NCBI GenBank assembly: GCA_964304625.1
Contig: OZ199838.1
Span: 11,681,608 to 11,745,607, forward strand
Length of the DNA stretch: 64,000 nucleotides
Reading direction: 5' to 3'
DNA from: Kudoa neothunni
Taxonomy: Eukaryota > Animalia > Cnidaria
Within the stretch, counting starts at the first letter, position 1. Every line of letters starts with the position of its first letter. This document shows, in pieces, positions 50,517-62,737 of the stretch. The translations under genes and the position numbers were made by a program. The notes under the pieces were generated by a model. That model worked only from the letters and a program-made list of their open reading frames with translations. It had not been told where the DNA came from and did no database searches.

Positions 50517-50852
50517 CTAGTCATCATCATAGTCGTAATCATTCTCCATTTCTTCCTCTCTCAATTGATTTACACGTTTCATTCGAATGTGAGCTCCATA
50601 CTAAAAAGAGTGAATTCTAACAGTTAATCAATAGTTACTGCAAAATAAGCAACACAAAGAACATTTCCCTAAAAGTAAATATACAGTATTTTATAAATTA
50701 GTGAAGACGAATAATAATGGTATTACAACGACCGTCGCATACAGAATGCGTAACGAAATCCTATCCGTCGTTGAAACTTTTAATGGTCTTTTTTTAAAAT
50801 TTGCCATGTAGCGACCTTTAAATGGCACCGGCATTCTTAACGGTAACCACAT
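50517..50852 (-). CDS. 79-aa single-pass membrane protein with basic N-terminus and acidic tail (3 coding exons), function unknown
   Basis: Two phase-0 GT-AG introns join MWLPLRMPVPFKGRYMANFKKRPLKVSTTDRISLRILYATVV|GNVLCVAYFA|YGAHIRMKRVNQLREEEMENDYDYDDD*. Confidence 0.65.
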
Positions 50853-53800
50853 TGTAATTGCTGTAAAATTCAACATATCCTTCTTTGAAAGTAGGTCACG
50901 TTACCTCATCTACTTTCAATAAAAATGCATTAACATTATCTGAAAAACAAATTATGAACGGATAATGTTTAATTTAATTATATGGTTAATTTTTAGGTAT
51001 TTTAATGTTTAGAAACAGAAGAAACCTAGGAGACAAATATTTATCGTTTAAAATCGGGTAGTTTCGACTAGAATTTTAAAAATAAGAGATATTCATGTGA
51101 TTGTTTGAAACATAGACTTGATTTTAATTTTAAAACTCTATTACATAAAAATATAATTTTTAATATTTCTTAAAAAATTGTAACTAAGGAAACATGCTCT
51201 AATATCATGGTATGGTGCTACTTATCAAATATTCAGAGTAGAACCTCGATATAGTGTAATTGGCTTTTTGATCAAAGTTTAGACCACAATTGATACTTTT
51301 TAGATAGTTATATATAATGAATAAATATGAAAAACAACATAATAACACTCTTACAATAATTTTAAGGAATTATTATTCCATTTTTATTCCTATTAATCTC
51401 TTACAATGCACACCTAAACGTCCAATATGGTGAGTTTTTATAAACTGTTAAATTCAAAATCAAAATAATGAAATATTACAAATAGTTTAAATAATTATCT
51501 GATTCTATAATGATTTTGTTAAATCATATTGACTTATTAAGTATTTTACTAATATGATTTCTATTTAATTGATTAAAATTAACTAGCTGCAGTATGTAAT
51601 CGATTCTCCGTACTTTCACTTTTTCTTCTCTTATATATAATTATTAGAGTTAAAACTATTTATGTAAATTAAGAACGTTTATTTTATGCAACTAAAATTA
51701 GAAATTACAAGAAACCCGTAATTTATAAATATTTTCTTGTAATAATAGGGATTATCAATTTTACGTAACTTTTCAGCTCCAACCATAATTTTCAAAACTA
51801 TTTTTTTTGGTTAATTACATCAATGATAGCAGCGTAAATAATTTAGACATGAAGTAAAATTTATTATTTTCCATTTTTTTAATGTGCGTGTGAAAGCCCT
51901 TAAATCTTTCACATTCTTTGGCGATTTTGACCTCGTACCTATTTCTGCTTTGAAAACTATTGAAACAATAATGTCGGGTTGATTTCCTCATGTAAAATAA
52001 GTTTAGATTAATTAAAAAAAACATTATGGAAAAGGGATAAAATAATAATTTTCATGCTATAGTTTATAATTGATTAAAGCCATTAGAGTCAAGAAAACCG
52101 ATTTATTTTAAATTAATAAATATGTAAAAAAACTATTAAAGGATTTCAATTGCAAATAATAATTATTTTTATGCCATTTAATGGTTATAGATCGCGCCTT
52201 AATTTAAAAATGGTCAATTTTCTTGGATGGACATTTATGCACTCAAGACTGTTACCATAACTAGTAGAACAAATTGAGTGCTATTGCTGAAAAATCTTCT
52301 ACCGGCCATTTTTGTGCAATTCATATAAGACTATATTATTGAATCAACAAAACAATGTCAAATAATTTTGTGCATAAATTTTTCAAGGTAAACTTTAATT
52401 TGTCATCATAAGAATTAACGAGTTTTAAACTGCAGTAAAAATTTACCCATTTAATTTGAGTAAAATAAGAAAGCAAGAATAATGATGAAATATTTAAAAT
52501 ATATTTAATTTATTAAAATAGTACCTTCAAAAATATTGCTAACAATTTATACGTATGTCTCTGTAGCTCAACTTTTCACCATGAAACTAAATTATATAAC
52601 TTCATTCAAGTATTTTTCAAATAATTCATCAAGTTAACTATTATCTCTCAATAAATGAATAATTTTTTCAAAGTTCAATTACAAAAGAATTTCGGTTAAA
52701 ACCCCCATTATTGAAAATGATAGCGATCTAAATGCATAGCCACCAGGTTTTCTTCAATTTATGTTAACAGGACAAAAACCTTCTAAAAAGTTAATAATTG
52801 TGAACTTATTATATTACATCAATACAAAATATTTTAATTCTTGGCGCACGCGTCAAAAATACGGAAAATCGATTACCTACCGTATTAATATCATTTTATC
52901 AGAAAAAGAAAAAACCATAAATCCATCTTTTTAATCAGAATAACTATAATTAAAGCATAAAATATATTAAAGTCGAAGAAATTAATAATCTGGAGAAATA
53001 TGCGAGAAAAAAAGGAATACGTATAAAATATTTGAGTTTTTTGTTGGTGGTAAAAAAAATAACGATTGACGGCTTTTTTATTAACAACAAAAAAAGTTTC
53101 TAATTGCTATGGATGTTCTGCTGAAAATATGGAATCATTTTATTACCAAAAAACATGATCACCCCTGTTCAACCAAATGATTTCGATGTGACAAAAAATT
53201 TCTATAATATTGCCGACCAAAATTTTAGAATGAAGTTATATTTCGCTTAATATACTCAAGATATGTTTAGGTCTACAATATAACACTATTTAAATATAGT
53301 AACAATTTTATCATGAAATCTTTGAAACATCAGCCAACAAGAACTATTTCAATAAGTAAATAATATAAATTATGTAGAGAAAAATGTACTTTATTATAGA
53401 AAGTTAGTCGATGAATCAATTCATATTTACCTTCAAAGTCATATTCTGTTAGAATACTTATTTAATATATTTATTTTCTGAAGATAAATAAATAAATAAC
53501 GCAACGGACGGTGTTGTGAACCTCGAAAAAGTTGAAATAATTTCCAAAGCAAAATTAATATAGTATTCAGAATTCACTAAAAAATTTAAAACATAAAGGA
53601 GAGAGATTTTCATGTCAAAAATTATACTATTCCTATCGCTCAAAAAGGCCCGATCTTTACCATTAAAACGACCTTTATTATGTTAAGCCCTAAAAAATAT
53701 ACAATTTAATTTATACCGTACATAAATCAAGAACGTAATTACATTCAGAAATGAAAATTCCAAGATAGATCATATTATTTCAATCGCACACACGCTGCAC

Positions 53801-54008
53801 TGAAATTCTAACAATGTATTATAGCGTAGTAAATCTGAATTGAAGATTTATCATACTAACTGATGACTTGAGTGTATATTTAGAATAAAGTTAGAGAAAA
53901 GTAGAACAAAGAAAATTTCATAGCTATTTTTAATAATATCAATTCTAGCGAAAATGTAAATATATGTTAATATTTTGTGATAATTCAATTCAAGCGATGT
54001 GGATTAAA

Positions 54009-54796
54009 TTATGGCTTGGAGAAAACAACTTCAAGAGATCTTTCGCAAGGTTTACATTCTTCCAGCTCTTCAACAGAATTGAAGAATTCAAAATATTGCT
54101 TAAGTTTGGGATAGGAATCCATAGGATTGGGGATATTTTTCTGGATGAAATACTGATGCATCTGGTAGAGTTTGGGGAAATAGATGGTGTCAAGGGTGGA
54201 AGGGTTTTGGCCGTCTAAATAGGGGCCTAGGGTTTCGCAGAGTTTATCCTCGAGATGTTGGAGTTCTTTGGTCAGTTTACCCATTGTTCCCTCAACTTTG
54301 TCGGTACCGTAATGTTTCATATACAACTTGAATGCTGGATAGAGACCTTTGGAGAGATTTTCAGCTTTTATTTCTCGCTCAATTTTGATTTCCTTGTAGT
54401 TGTTTCCAATATAGTTGAAAATATCAATCAGATCATCCGAGTAGAAACCTTTGTCGCAAAAACATGGCAGTTCACAAGATCTCATGAAGTCGGGCAAAAG
54501 TTTCATTTTTTCATTTGGGTCAATCCCATAAATTTTGTAATAAGGGATTTTTTTGAGCCGACAGTATAAAGTCATTCGGTGCACTATTATGCAAATCACG
54601 GGTTAGATGTGGTTTTTAGGGAAAGCCTAAAACCAAAAGTCCAAATCATTCGATTCCATAAGCCCTTATAACACAGTCGTTAGAGTCAACCAATATGTAA
54701 AAGTCAATGAAACCCTGTTAATAATTTAGTGTCCTAATCAATTATTACTCTGACGTAAAATGTCAAGATTTCATCAGTATTCTGTTGGTCTTCCAT
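54009..54796 (-). pseudogene. CLIC/DHAR-like GST-fold protein gene with an in-frame TAA early in exon 2 (pseudogene or base error)
   Basis: Exon 1 MEDQQNTDEILTFYVR; exon 2 AFPKNHI*PVICIIVHRM...ELPCF...LYPAFKLYMK...ELQHLEDKL...GPYLDGQNPSTLD...FPKLYQM aligns with CLIC motifs (LFVKA, FLDG..LTLADC..LPKL). Stop at 54603-54605. Confidence 0.72.
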
Positions 54797-56727
54797 TGAA
54801 TGTATATTTCGATTCGAGTGAGTTAGATGATTATCACTAAGATTACGATTATCACTAATTAATATCATTACCCTTTTGATAGATATGAAGCAAGTGGGGC
54901 TTCTTTCGGCAATATCACACATTAACTAACTTGAATTTATAATATTAAAGTTTATATGTTGACGAGTAATTTTCTGAAATATTTTTTGGTTCTAGTTCCC
55001 ACGGGTATTCGAAGTGATCATTGGATTTGAACTACATTCGTAAGACAATAATACTAACACCAATCATTCAACTGATAATCTCAATAGAATTATCCTAGTA
55101 ATAAAATTGTTGAATCAAGTTAACGGTTAACAGTGTAAAAATAACCGTGTATTGAATCAAGGCCCAATTTTTAGGTGACTTCCCTAATAATCTTAAAATT
55201 CGATATGGAATTAAATGTGAAAGCATTTTTTTTTCACTTTTTTATTAACATTATTAATTACCAAGGTGCTTTATTTTAACGACACCTTATACTTTATTCC
55301 TCATCTATAATTTATCCAATTAAATTATTTTGCAATGCTATGAATTTTGACTCTTGATCGTATTAAAGGTTAAAGTCATGTCGGTTTGTTTACCTAGAAA
55401 CGCTGATAAATACTCTTCTATCCTATTTCCTTTATATTATTTCATTAGATGCATGGGTGGCTTCAATAAAGAATATATTATTCTCTTTTTGCAAATAATA
55501 CTGCAGCATTACAACTCTATTAATTTTGTTGGCGCTCTACTTTCCACGTTTTATCTCCTTAGTCACAGTATCTAACAATGCATTTACACGTTGGGTTATG
55601 TTGATTTTCTTAAAGCTAGCTCGTTTTCATTTCTTTATTGAATATAAAATGATAATTAACAACATGATAATAATTGAATTATTTTAATTACTTATATAAT
55701 ATTTTTCATATATTTATTAAGAGAAATCCCATAAAAATTTCGTATTCAACTCCAAAAAGACTAAATACTTTAATATTGTTTAGGTTAATCATGCTCCAAA
55801 AACTGTTAACGCTCACATTCTGCAAGTGTGACTATGAAATTTTTACTCAAAATAAAAACTAATAGAAAAACAATTCCCATTCATGATAATATTAAGTACT
55901 TCCCAATTCATCGACAAATAAAATTAATGAATTTGTAATTTTGACCTATAAATGAGTGTCTTCTGCTGATACAGGCAGCAGATATGAGAAAGTGGTTATT
56001 AACACTGTAAATAATATTCAGGTATCGCTAGTTTGGAATTGTATGCGAATAAAGCTGATTATAGCTATGAATAAGAGTTTTTTTTGATTAAAATTTCCAT
56101 TGCGCCCGCGCATCTCACATGGGATTAAACTATATTCTGCCAATAACCTGTGCCTTACTGTGTTTCTTTACATTCAATCGGAATACAAATTCTGGGGATA
56201 ACTATTTACAATCGGAGAAAATACTTTGCATTGGGAATTGTTAATTATTTAATATTTTACTCGATAAACCAATTATTAAATTTCCTTTACTTTTATAAAT
56301 TAATGAAATCAGCTAGATAATCTGTGAATTATTCATGGAAGTTTACTATGATAACTGATCAGAATATCCAGGTTAGTGTAGTTTTGACTGTATTTAATTA
56401 TTTTTGGCACATCACCACTGCTCCTATACAACAAAAATAATAAATACATTAGATTCCAAAAAATTAACTCTATACATAAATTATAAATGGGAAATGCTGC
56501 GATTAAAAATTAAGAATGCGCATGCGTCCATTGTTTTTAGGATTAAAGATATCCGTTGCAACAACTACTGTTAATATTCATCATTTTGTTCGTAGGGCGG
56601 TGAAAATTAGTCCTTAAAATTTAGATGATACATGTACATTTGGAAAGTCAATTTATAATTTAATGAGAAATTAGCGATACGTTACCAATTTGATTTACAT
56701 TTTAAACTTCACTATATTAATTTCTTT

Positions 56728-56993
56728 TAACATTAGTACGTACGCACAAAAATATTACACAATGCACAACTGGGTCTAATGGGCCCCGTTGTGTACAAAA
56801 GGTTGTTTTTTACTTGCATCGAATAAAAAATCATACACAAGTTATTAGAGTGTATAAACGAAATCAAAAATATAAAACAAATTTTGATCAGGTAGACAGA
56901 TTTTTGTTTTTCTGACTACTTTGAGAGTGCTACAATTTGTGAAATAATCATGAACAGGGTCCATTTGACCCTGGGCGGACGTGCAAGTATTAT
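56728..56993. mobile_element. Degenerate piggyBac-like MITE
   Basis: Inverted subterminal motifs GGGTCTAATGGGCCC and GGGTCCATTTGACCC; imperfect termini TAACATTAGTACGTACGC versus GCGGACGTGCAAGTATTA. Confidence 0.45.
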
Positions 56994-57964
56994 TCGATTG
57001 CCATCATCTAAAGGAGAATGAATAATTAACATTGTGAAAAATACACACATAAGATTAAATTTTCGTAGGTTTTACAGTTATTATCCCAACTCGAAAATAG
57101 TTTCAAGAAGTTTACATTAGTTGCTTTATATTATTGGGCCTTTCGGTGAATCCGTCGGTGCTTTAGCCTCCTACTTTTACAAAGGGACCTCTTATGAATC
57201 CAAAAATTCATACACTGATTTATGGAAAAATTATGCGGCGTAGCGTGCTTCGCATGTAATATACCTTTTTTACGAAATCGGTATTTCCCAGAACGTATAT
57301 CATGTTGGAGTTTCTGCCTATTCGAAAGAAAAAATTTCTGGCAGACAACGAAATCATTTGAAGACTTTTACTGAAATTCAATTGATGTTTTCAATATATT
57401 ATTTTATAGTCACAAATATACAAAAAATAAGATATTGCATTTCTTTTTAATTCATAAACATTAACTTATTTGCATGAGGACTATAGAATTGTCTCTGTAA
57501 GGGTAGTGAAGCGGATCGGTTGTGAATGGATAATAACATTTCTTTTGTTAAAATACCATGTTATTAAATATTTATATAAATTTTATTCAAATGCATCGAC
57601 ATAATTTAATAAAAAGAATACTTATTGTATAATCGGGGAAAAATATAATTTTTACCAAACATACGTATTTTCTACCCTTTGACTTTTTTATTTTCGCTTG
57701 TATATTAACGTAAACCATCATTTAGAATGAAATAGAATTAAAGTAAATTTTTGTATCGGTACAAAATTCGGATTAAGTTAAAATCTTTAATGTTTATGTG
57801 GCACATAGCTTCAGACAATAATGGTCTTTGGGTAATATTTAATTTACATTTCATAAAAAGTCATATACACAGGAAAGATATAATTTTCGTTAACAAATCG
57901 AGTAATACATGCGCACGGTGAAGCTTGCATAAAAAGCGCAGCAGGTTCTCGCACTCCTCTCCAA

Positions 57965-59043
57965 ATGGAATTTCCACTGTGGAATAGCGTTATTATAAGA
58001 AATAGCTTAAATATTATAAAGTTTAAACATCAAAACTCGGGTACTTTTGCGGTATCGAGAGAAAAGGATAATCGATACAACGTACATTTTTTCCATTGGT
58101 TGATTATTGCATTGTGTCGTAGGTAGCTTCATTTGATCTTGATGGAACCATAATTAAAACCAAGTCTGGAGAAACATTTTCTCGTGATTACAATGACTGG
58201 GAGTAATAGTCACATGGCATGATTTTTTGGTGGAGGGTTAATTAATTTAGGTTTTATACAATTTTATTCCAAAAGTGTTCAAGAAACTTCATCAAGATCA
58301 TTACGAGGTGAGGTGTTGATTTTTAGATGTATTTAGTAACGTATATTAACTTATTATTCTGCTAGATTGTATTATTCACCAACCAGGTAAATATTAGCTT
58401 GAGCATTCACCATAACAAAAATTTTCATGACAGAAAGGCCTACTGCGAAATTCTTACCTTCTGAATTCATTTAAGAAAAAACTTTATGACGTGTGTGTTC
58501 GGCTGGATGTTCCATTGACCGTATATTGTTAATGCACTTAAAGTTAACCTTTTACTCATTATTCTCTTTTAAGGTGTTTGTATCTTTGTTGGATGATGAG
58601 TTTAGAAAGCCTTCTACCGGCATTGTGGGATTATTTTTGTAAAGTAATTGTGAATATGATGTTTTTTTCGATTTTTCCTCTCTTTAGGATATTGGAAATG
58701 TCAACATAAGTGAAAGTTTTTTCGTTGGAGGTAAACAGTAGATAAAATGGTCGGTTTGTAATCCAGTTTTGTAGATGCTGCTGGAAGACCTTCTACTTCA
58801 ATCAGAAAAAGGGATCATTCTGATAGCGACAAAAGAGTCGGTGATCATATTTAGGTTCCTCTGTTAGTGTGGTTTTAGTTTGCAAACTCTATTGGAATCA
58901 CATTTTACACACCCGAACAATACTTTCTCAAAATTGAAGATAACCTCCCCAAAGATATGACTCATTATTTTACACGGGCCAAAGCGAAAACCGACTTTGT
59001 TTCTGTCTGTTCCAATGATAAAAATAAAACCGAAAAGAATTAA
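57965..59043 (+). CDS. Stand-alone DNA 3'-phosphatase (PNKP phosphatase domain, HAD family), multi-exon, two apparent 1-nt indels
   Basis: VASFDLDGTIIKTKSG...DW; IVLFTNQKG; FRKPSTGMW; SFFVGDAAGRP...RDHSDSDKRFANSIGITFYTPEQYF; TAA at 59041-59043 with no kinase domain following. Indels at about 58252-58255 and 58623-58624. Confidence 0.85.
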
Positions 59044-59879
59044 TAATTTATGTTATACTTTTATTGTTTTGGCATTTTTCTGATTGCGTACACACGTGAA
59101 AGCGTGAATACTTAACACTGTTTGAGTGTGAAAAACTTCTCTTAAAGATATTTATATCATTACAATCAGGTGGAGAATGAAACAATTTTTTAAAATTATG
59201 GAATCCAATGAGGGTTGTACTTATAATTTAAGTTGTTTCGTGGTTAAATCACAAATATTATATTTAAAACTATTTCAAGATCGAGTTTTAAAAGCGATTC
59301 TCTGCATCAAAGAGTTTACTACAATAGTCTCAATATTGTGAACGTCAGTATGGGGTCATTGACATTTTTCTATTTTCTGCACTTGTCAATGTAAAATTCT
59401 CGATTTATAATTTTTCAGTTTAAAAATATACAAAAAATATGGAATGACATTCATTTTGCGCAATTTTGTTAAAATTCAATGTTTGCCTGTGGAGTGGTAC
59501 TTATAGAAGGCATCGCATCGAGTGACTCGATATAGCGTAATTATTTATTTTTCGTTGTTTTTGTACTTAAAAAATTCAACAAAGTTTGCCAATTGGTCGT
59601 TAATAAGTTGGAAAATATTATTGTAATTTTTGGTTCAGCTGAATTCTAAATTATGTGAATCGATGGCCTTATTATTGGATGGCTCTTCTGTTGAAATAAT
59701 CCGATTATTCTATATTTGACACATTAAACAAATAATGTTAAGGATATCTTAGAGAAGCATTGAAGAAAAAATACGAATAATTCAATATATAAGACTATAT
59801 TGATGCGAATAGGGTTCAAAAATGATGATAATGAAGCATTTTAACCTGCGAAGTAAGTAGTGACCCAAATTTTAGATTT

Positions 59880-60810
59880 CGAGATATGAGAATAGATTAT
59901 TCCTTTCTCGACATGGTATTATCAAAAAAATATTATATTATCTATTTAAACATTTTACTTGACCGAATACTAGATTTTCAATGAGAAATATACCCAGATT
60001 GAGAGTGAGTTGTATAATTGGATTGTTGGCATGCGAGAAAAAAAGAAAAACATCTCAAATTTTAAAATTATGAACAAGAAATTATTATAACAAGCATGAT
60101 TCAAATCAAAAACTTTTATTCTAGTAATGGAAGGTTTTGTAATTTCAAAAGGCGACTTAGTTTATAAAATCACAAGCTCGTTGGAAAGGCAACTAATGCT
60201 GATATGATGTCAGTTGGTGAATGGCTTGAAAAATTGTCTGACGTATTAAGTAATTATAGTCATAAACAAAATTTAGTTCCTTATGAATCCTCTCTTTTCT
60301 GCAAACAACTTACCCAACGTATATTATGACAAAAACAAAAGTCTAAGAGAAAGGTTCTAACAAATAAAAAAGAGGTTCCATTTTTGGTAATCTCTACGTT
60401 CTTCGGAGAAAAGCTAATGCCTTATGTTGTTGGTAAGTTTAAAAAAAATGGTTGAGTATCAGCAACAATTTTCTCTGAGATATTAAAACACACGGATAAT
60501 AAATTTGTTCAAGAGAGTAGAAACGATCTTATACTGCTAGATCAATGTCCTTCTCATCCCGAATATATAATACGTTTAAAAATGTCAAATCATTTTTTAT
60601 CCCAAAAATTACTACCAATGGACCTCGGTGTTATTCATAATTTTAAAGAAAACTATGCAAAAATATTGGCAAAAAAATCTTTTATTTGTCGGCAATTCCA
60701 CAAATACTCCGAATAAATTATATGAGATTGCTAATACCCTAATAAAATTCTTGGGAAATTGTCTGTAGCTCTGTCATCGTAAATTGTTTCAAGAAATCTC
60801 GTACTTTCGG
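59880..60810 (+). mobile_element. Decayed pogo/Tigger DDE_1 transposase relic
   Basis: Broken frames read IESELYNWIVGMR, SNGRFCNFKRR, GEKLMPYVVGK, LLDQCPSHP, PMDLGVIHNFK, VNCFKKS. Possible TIR remnants with a CTCGATATAG core at about 59526 and, inverted, about 61752-61761. Confidence 0.8.
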
Positions 60811-61301
60811 TAATTATGGGTTTGTCAAGGTTAAAAATATGTATCATATAATAATAAATTATTAATTTGATTTTATTAAGAAAATCATGAAATTATCGAC
60901 GGTACAAGTTATTGCTTGTTTGTTTCGATTATTTTCGACGGCTTCGATGGTGTTGACAATACGGAAGAGATTGAAATTGTTCATTATAATTGATCTGAGA
61001 GTTATACCTCTAAAAATTAGTGTGTGTAATAAAGACGGTGACTTTGATTTTGAAAACACACCGTTTCAACGAAACAACTAAAGTCTCAACCAACACAATC
61101 AGAAAGGTCTTTGACCTATCTCACTCTACATCCTGTTATTGATATCTTATAAGAAATATTTAAATGCAAAATATCCAAAATAGATATCAAATTTGTTCAA
61201 CAAATTAAAATATTAAGATTGTGTGCGCGTGCCTGAGACCGATATCGCGAGATGCCTTGCTATTGATTGGTAAATTGCACTCCCCAAAAAACCTCCAAGC
61301 C

Positions 61302-61740
61302 GTGGACAGATAGCATATCGGTGTGACACCCGGACTCAGAACCATGAGGCAATGGGTCCGAATCCGTCGGTGGGTCTCTATCCCATTTTGGAAGCTGTGG
61401 TTAAAGTGCACGCTTGCTGTGAAAGGGGGGTGCACTAGCAGCCAAATTCGCGTGAAGTGGGATGAGTGTGAATAGGAGTTTGAACCTCTGGAACCCATCG
61501 AAAAGCAAATAATTTGCAGTCCTCACAGAGCCAACATCCTTAAAGGATAGGGTTTGGGGTAATGGTCGCCTGAGACGAGGATGTTAAGGGGGTTAAAGTC
61601 GCACACTACCGCATAAAGAAAAGGGGTGGGGTTTCATGTTATGTCCTGCAGTGCCTAAAGTGTTAATGGAAGAGGTATGACCAACCAGAATTCCACAAAC
61701 TAATAAGTTGTGTCAGGGGTTTACCTTGTAAAAAAAACCC
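61302..61740 (+). mobile_element. tRNA-headed SINE-like insertion
   Basis: GC-rich island with A-box-like TAGCATATCGG, B-box-like GGTCCGAATCC, a body of about 350 nt and an A-rich end. Confidence 0.5.
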
Positions 61741-62737
61741 AAAAAACCTCCCTATATCGAGGCTTTACAGTAATAAATTTTTGTAATTAAAACTTTATCT
61801 TTGGACTTTATCAATTATTATCCTTATAGTTTGATAATATTGAAATTTACTTTAAAGGAATAAAATAATAAATTCAACTTTAGACTAATATAGTTATCAG
61901 ATTAAGTCGACGCACTCTGAATCGGTATGGTGTTAATTATAATTATAAAAACCAATAAAATATAAAAGATTAAATTTCAGTAGTATACTAGTATTTGATT
62001 ATTCGTTTCCTTTCTTGAGAAAAACTCCATGTGCATATCATCTAATCATGAAACGAAATTTATTTTATTGAAGTGTTAAATTAATTGTAACGTTTTTATT
62101 GATATTTTAATCATCTATAAAATATATTTCTTCCAAAATAAATATGTGCATATCGAATAAAATATCAAAGAAAGTTGAATTATATATTTTTATATGTTAA
62201 TAAACACTGTACATAGGTTAGTATATTTCTTTCGCTAATATTTATGGATAACTCTGCGATTGAAATTTGATTCTTGTACTTTATCAATTCATACTTTAAC
62301 GTAGATGAAATCTTAAATTCTTTAAACTTGATTTTTTGTGGTTTTTAATTATGTTCCATTTTTCAAATTAATTTTATCATGTGAGTGAATCTGAATTTTC
62401 AATAATTTTAACATAAAATTTCAAAACTCCTGATTATTTTTCATGACCACACGCAAGCGTGTATTTTATATGCATTTTTTAAAGAAATTTTCATATCCTA
62501 TCAACTCGTTGTAATTTAAATTAGAATTAAAATATAAGTTTATATATTTTAATTTAAGTGAATAATATTTACATGTATTATTCGCAGTTCTTTTTTTGTA
62601 GAAAATTTAAATATGGTAATAATTAATTTTTTTAATACATATATGTTTCAATGACCAATCACATGCTATCATGATAAGAAAAAATTGTGTTATAGCTTTT
62701 TATAAATTTGTTTTGAATTTTTTCTAAGCTCTCGACT

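Noticed and set aside
51235-53560. Possible further pogo element (TIR-like AGTAGAACCTCGATATAG at about 51237; FHGEK-like relic near 52580)
   Set aside because: No matching right TIR found and the coding relics are too degraded to delimit.
53964-54569. Plus-strand ORFs of 84 and 104 aa
   Set aside because: Antisense shadows of the CLIC-like coding exon; the same applies to the ORFs opposite the Kunitz, BAF, FANCM and MSH4 genes.
6940-54605. Hypothesis that TAA/TAG are reassigned to Gln, suggested by in-frame stops in ghost genes and the CLIC-like gene
   Set aside because: Conserved genes (CWC22, SAMM50, ISCA2, BAF, METTL1, PPIH, ERO1) have no internal TAA/TAG, use CAA/CAG for Gln and end at TAA/TAG. 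Pseudogene decay explains the stops more simply.
61205-61498. 97-aa minus-strand ORF, or a functional tRNA gene, in the GC island
   Set aside because: The ORF is explained by high GC in a SINE-like segment, and the tRNA-like head lacks a proper acceptor stem.
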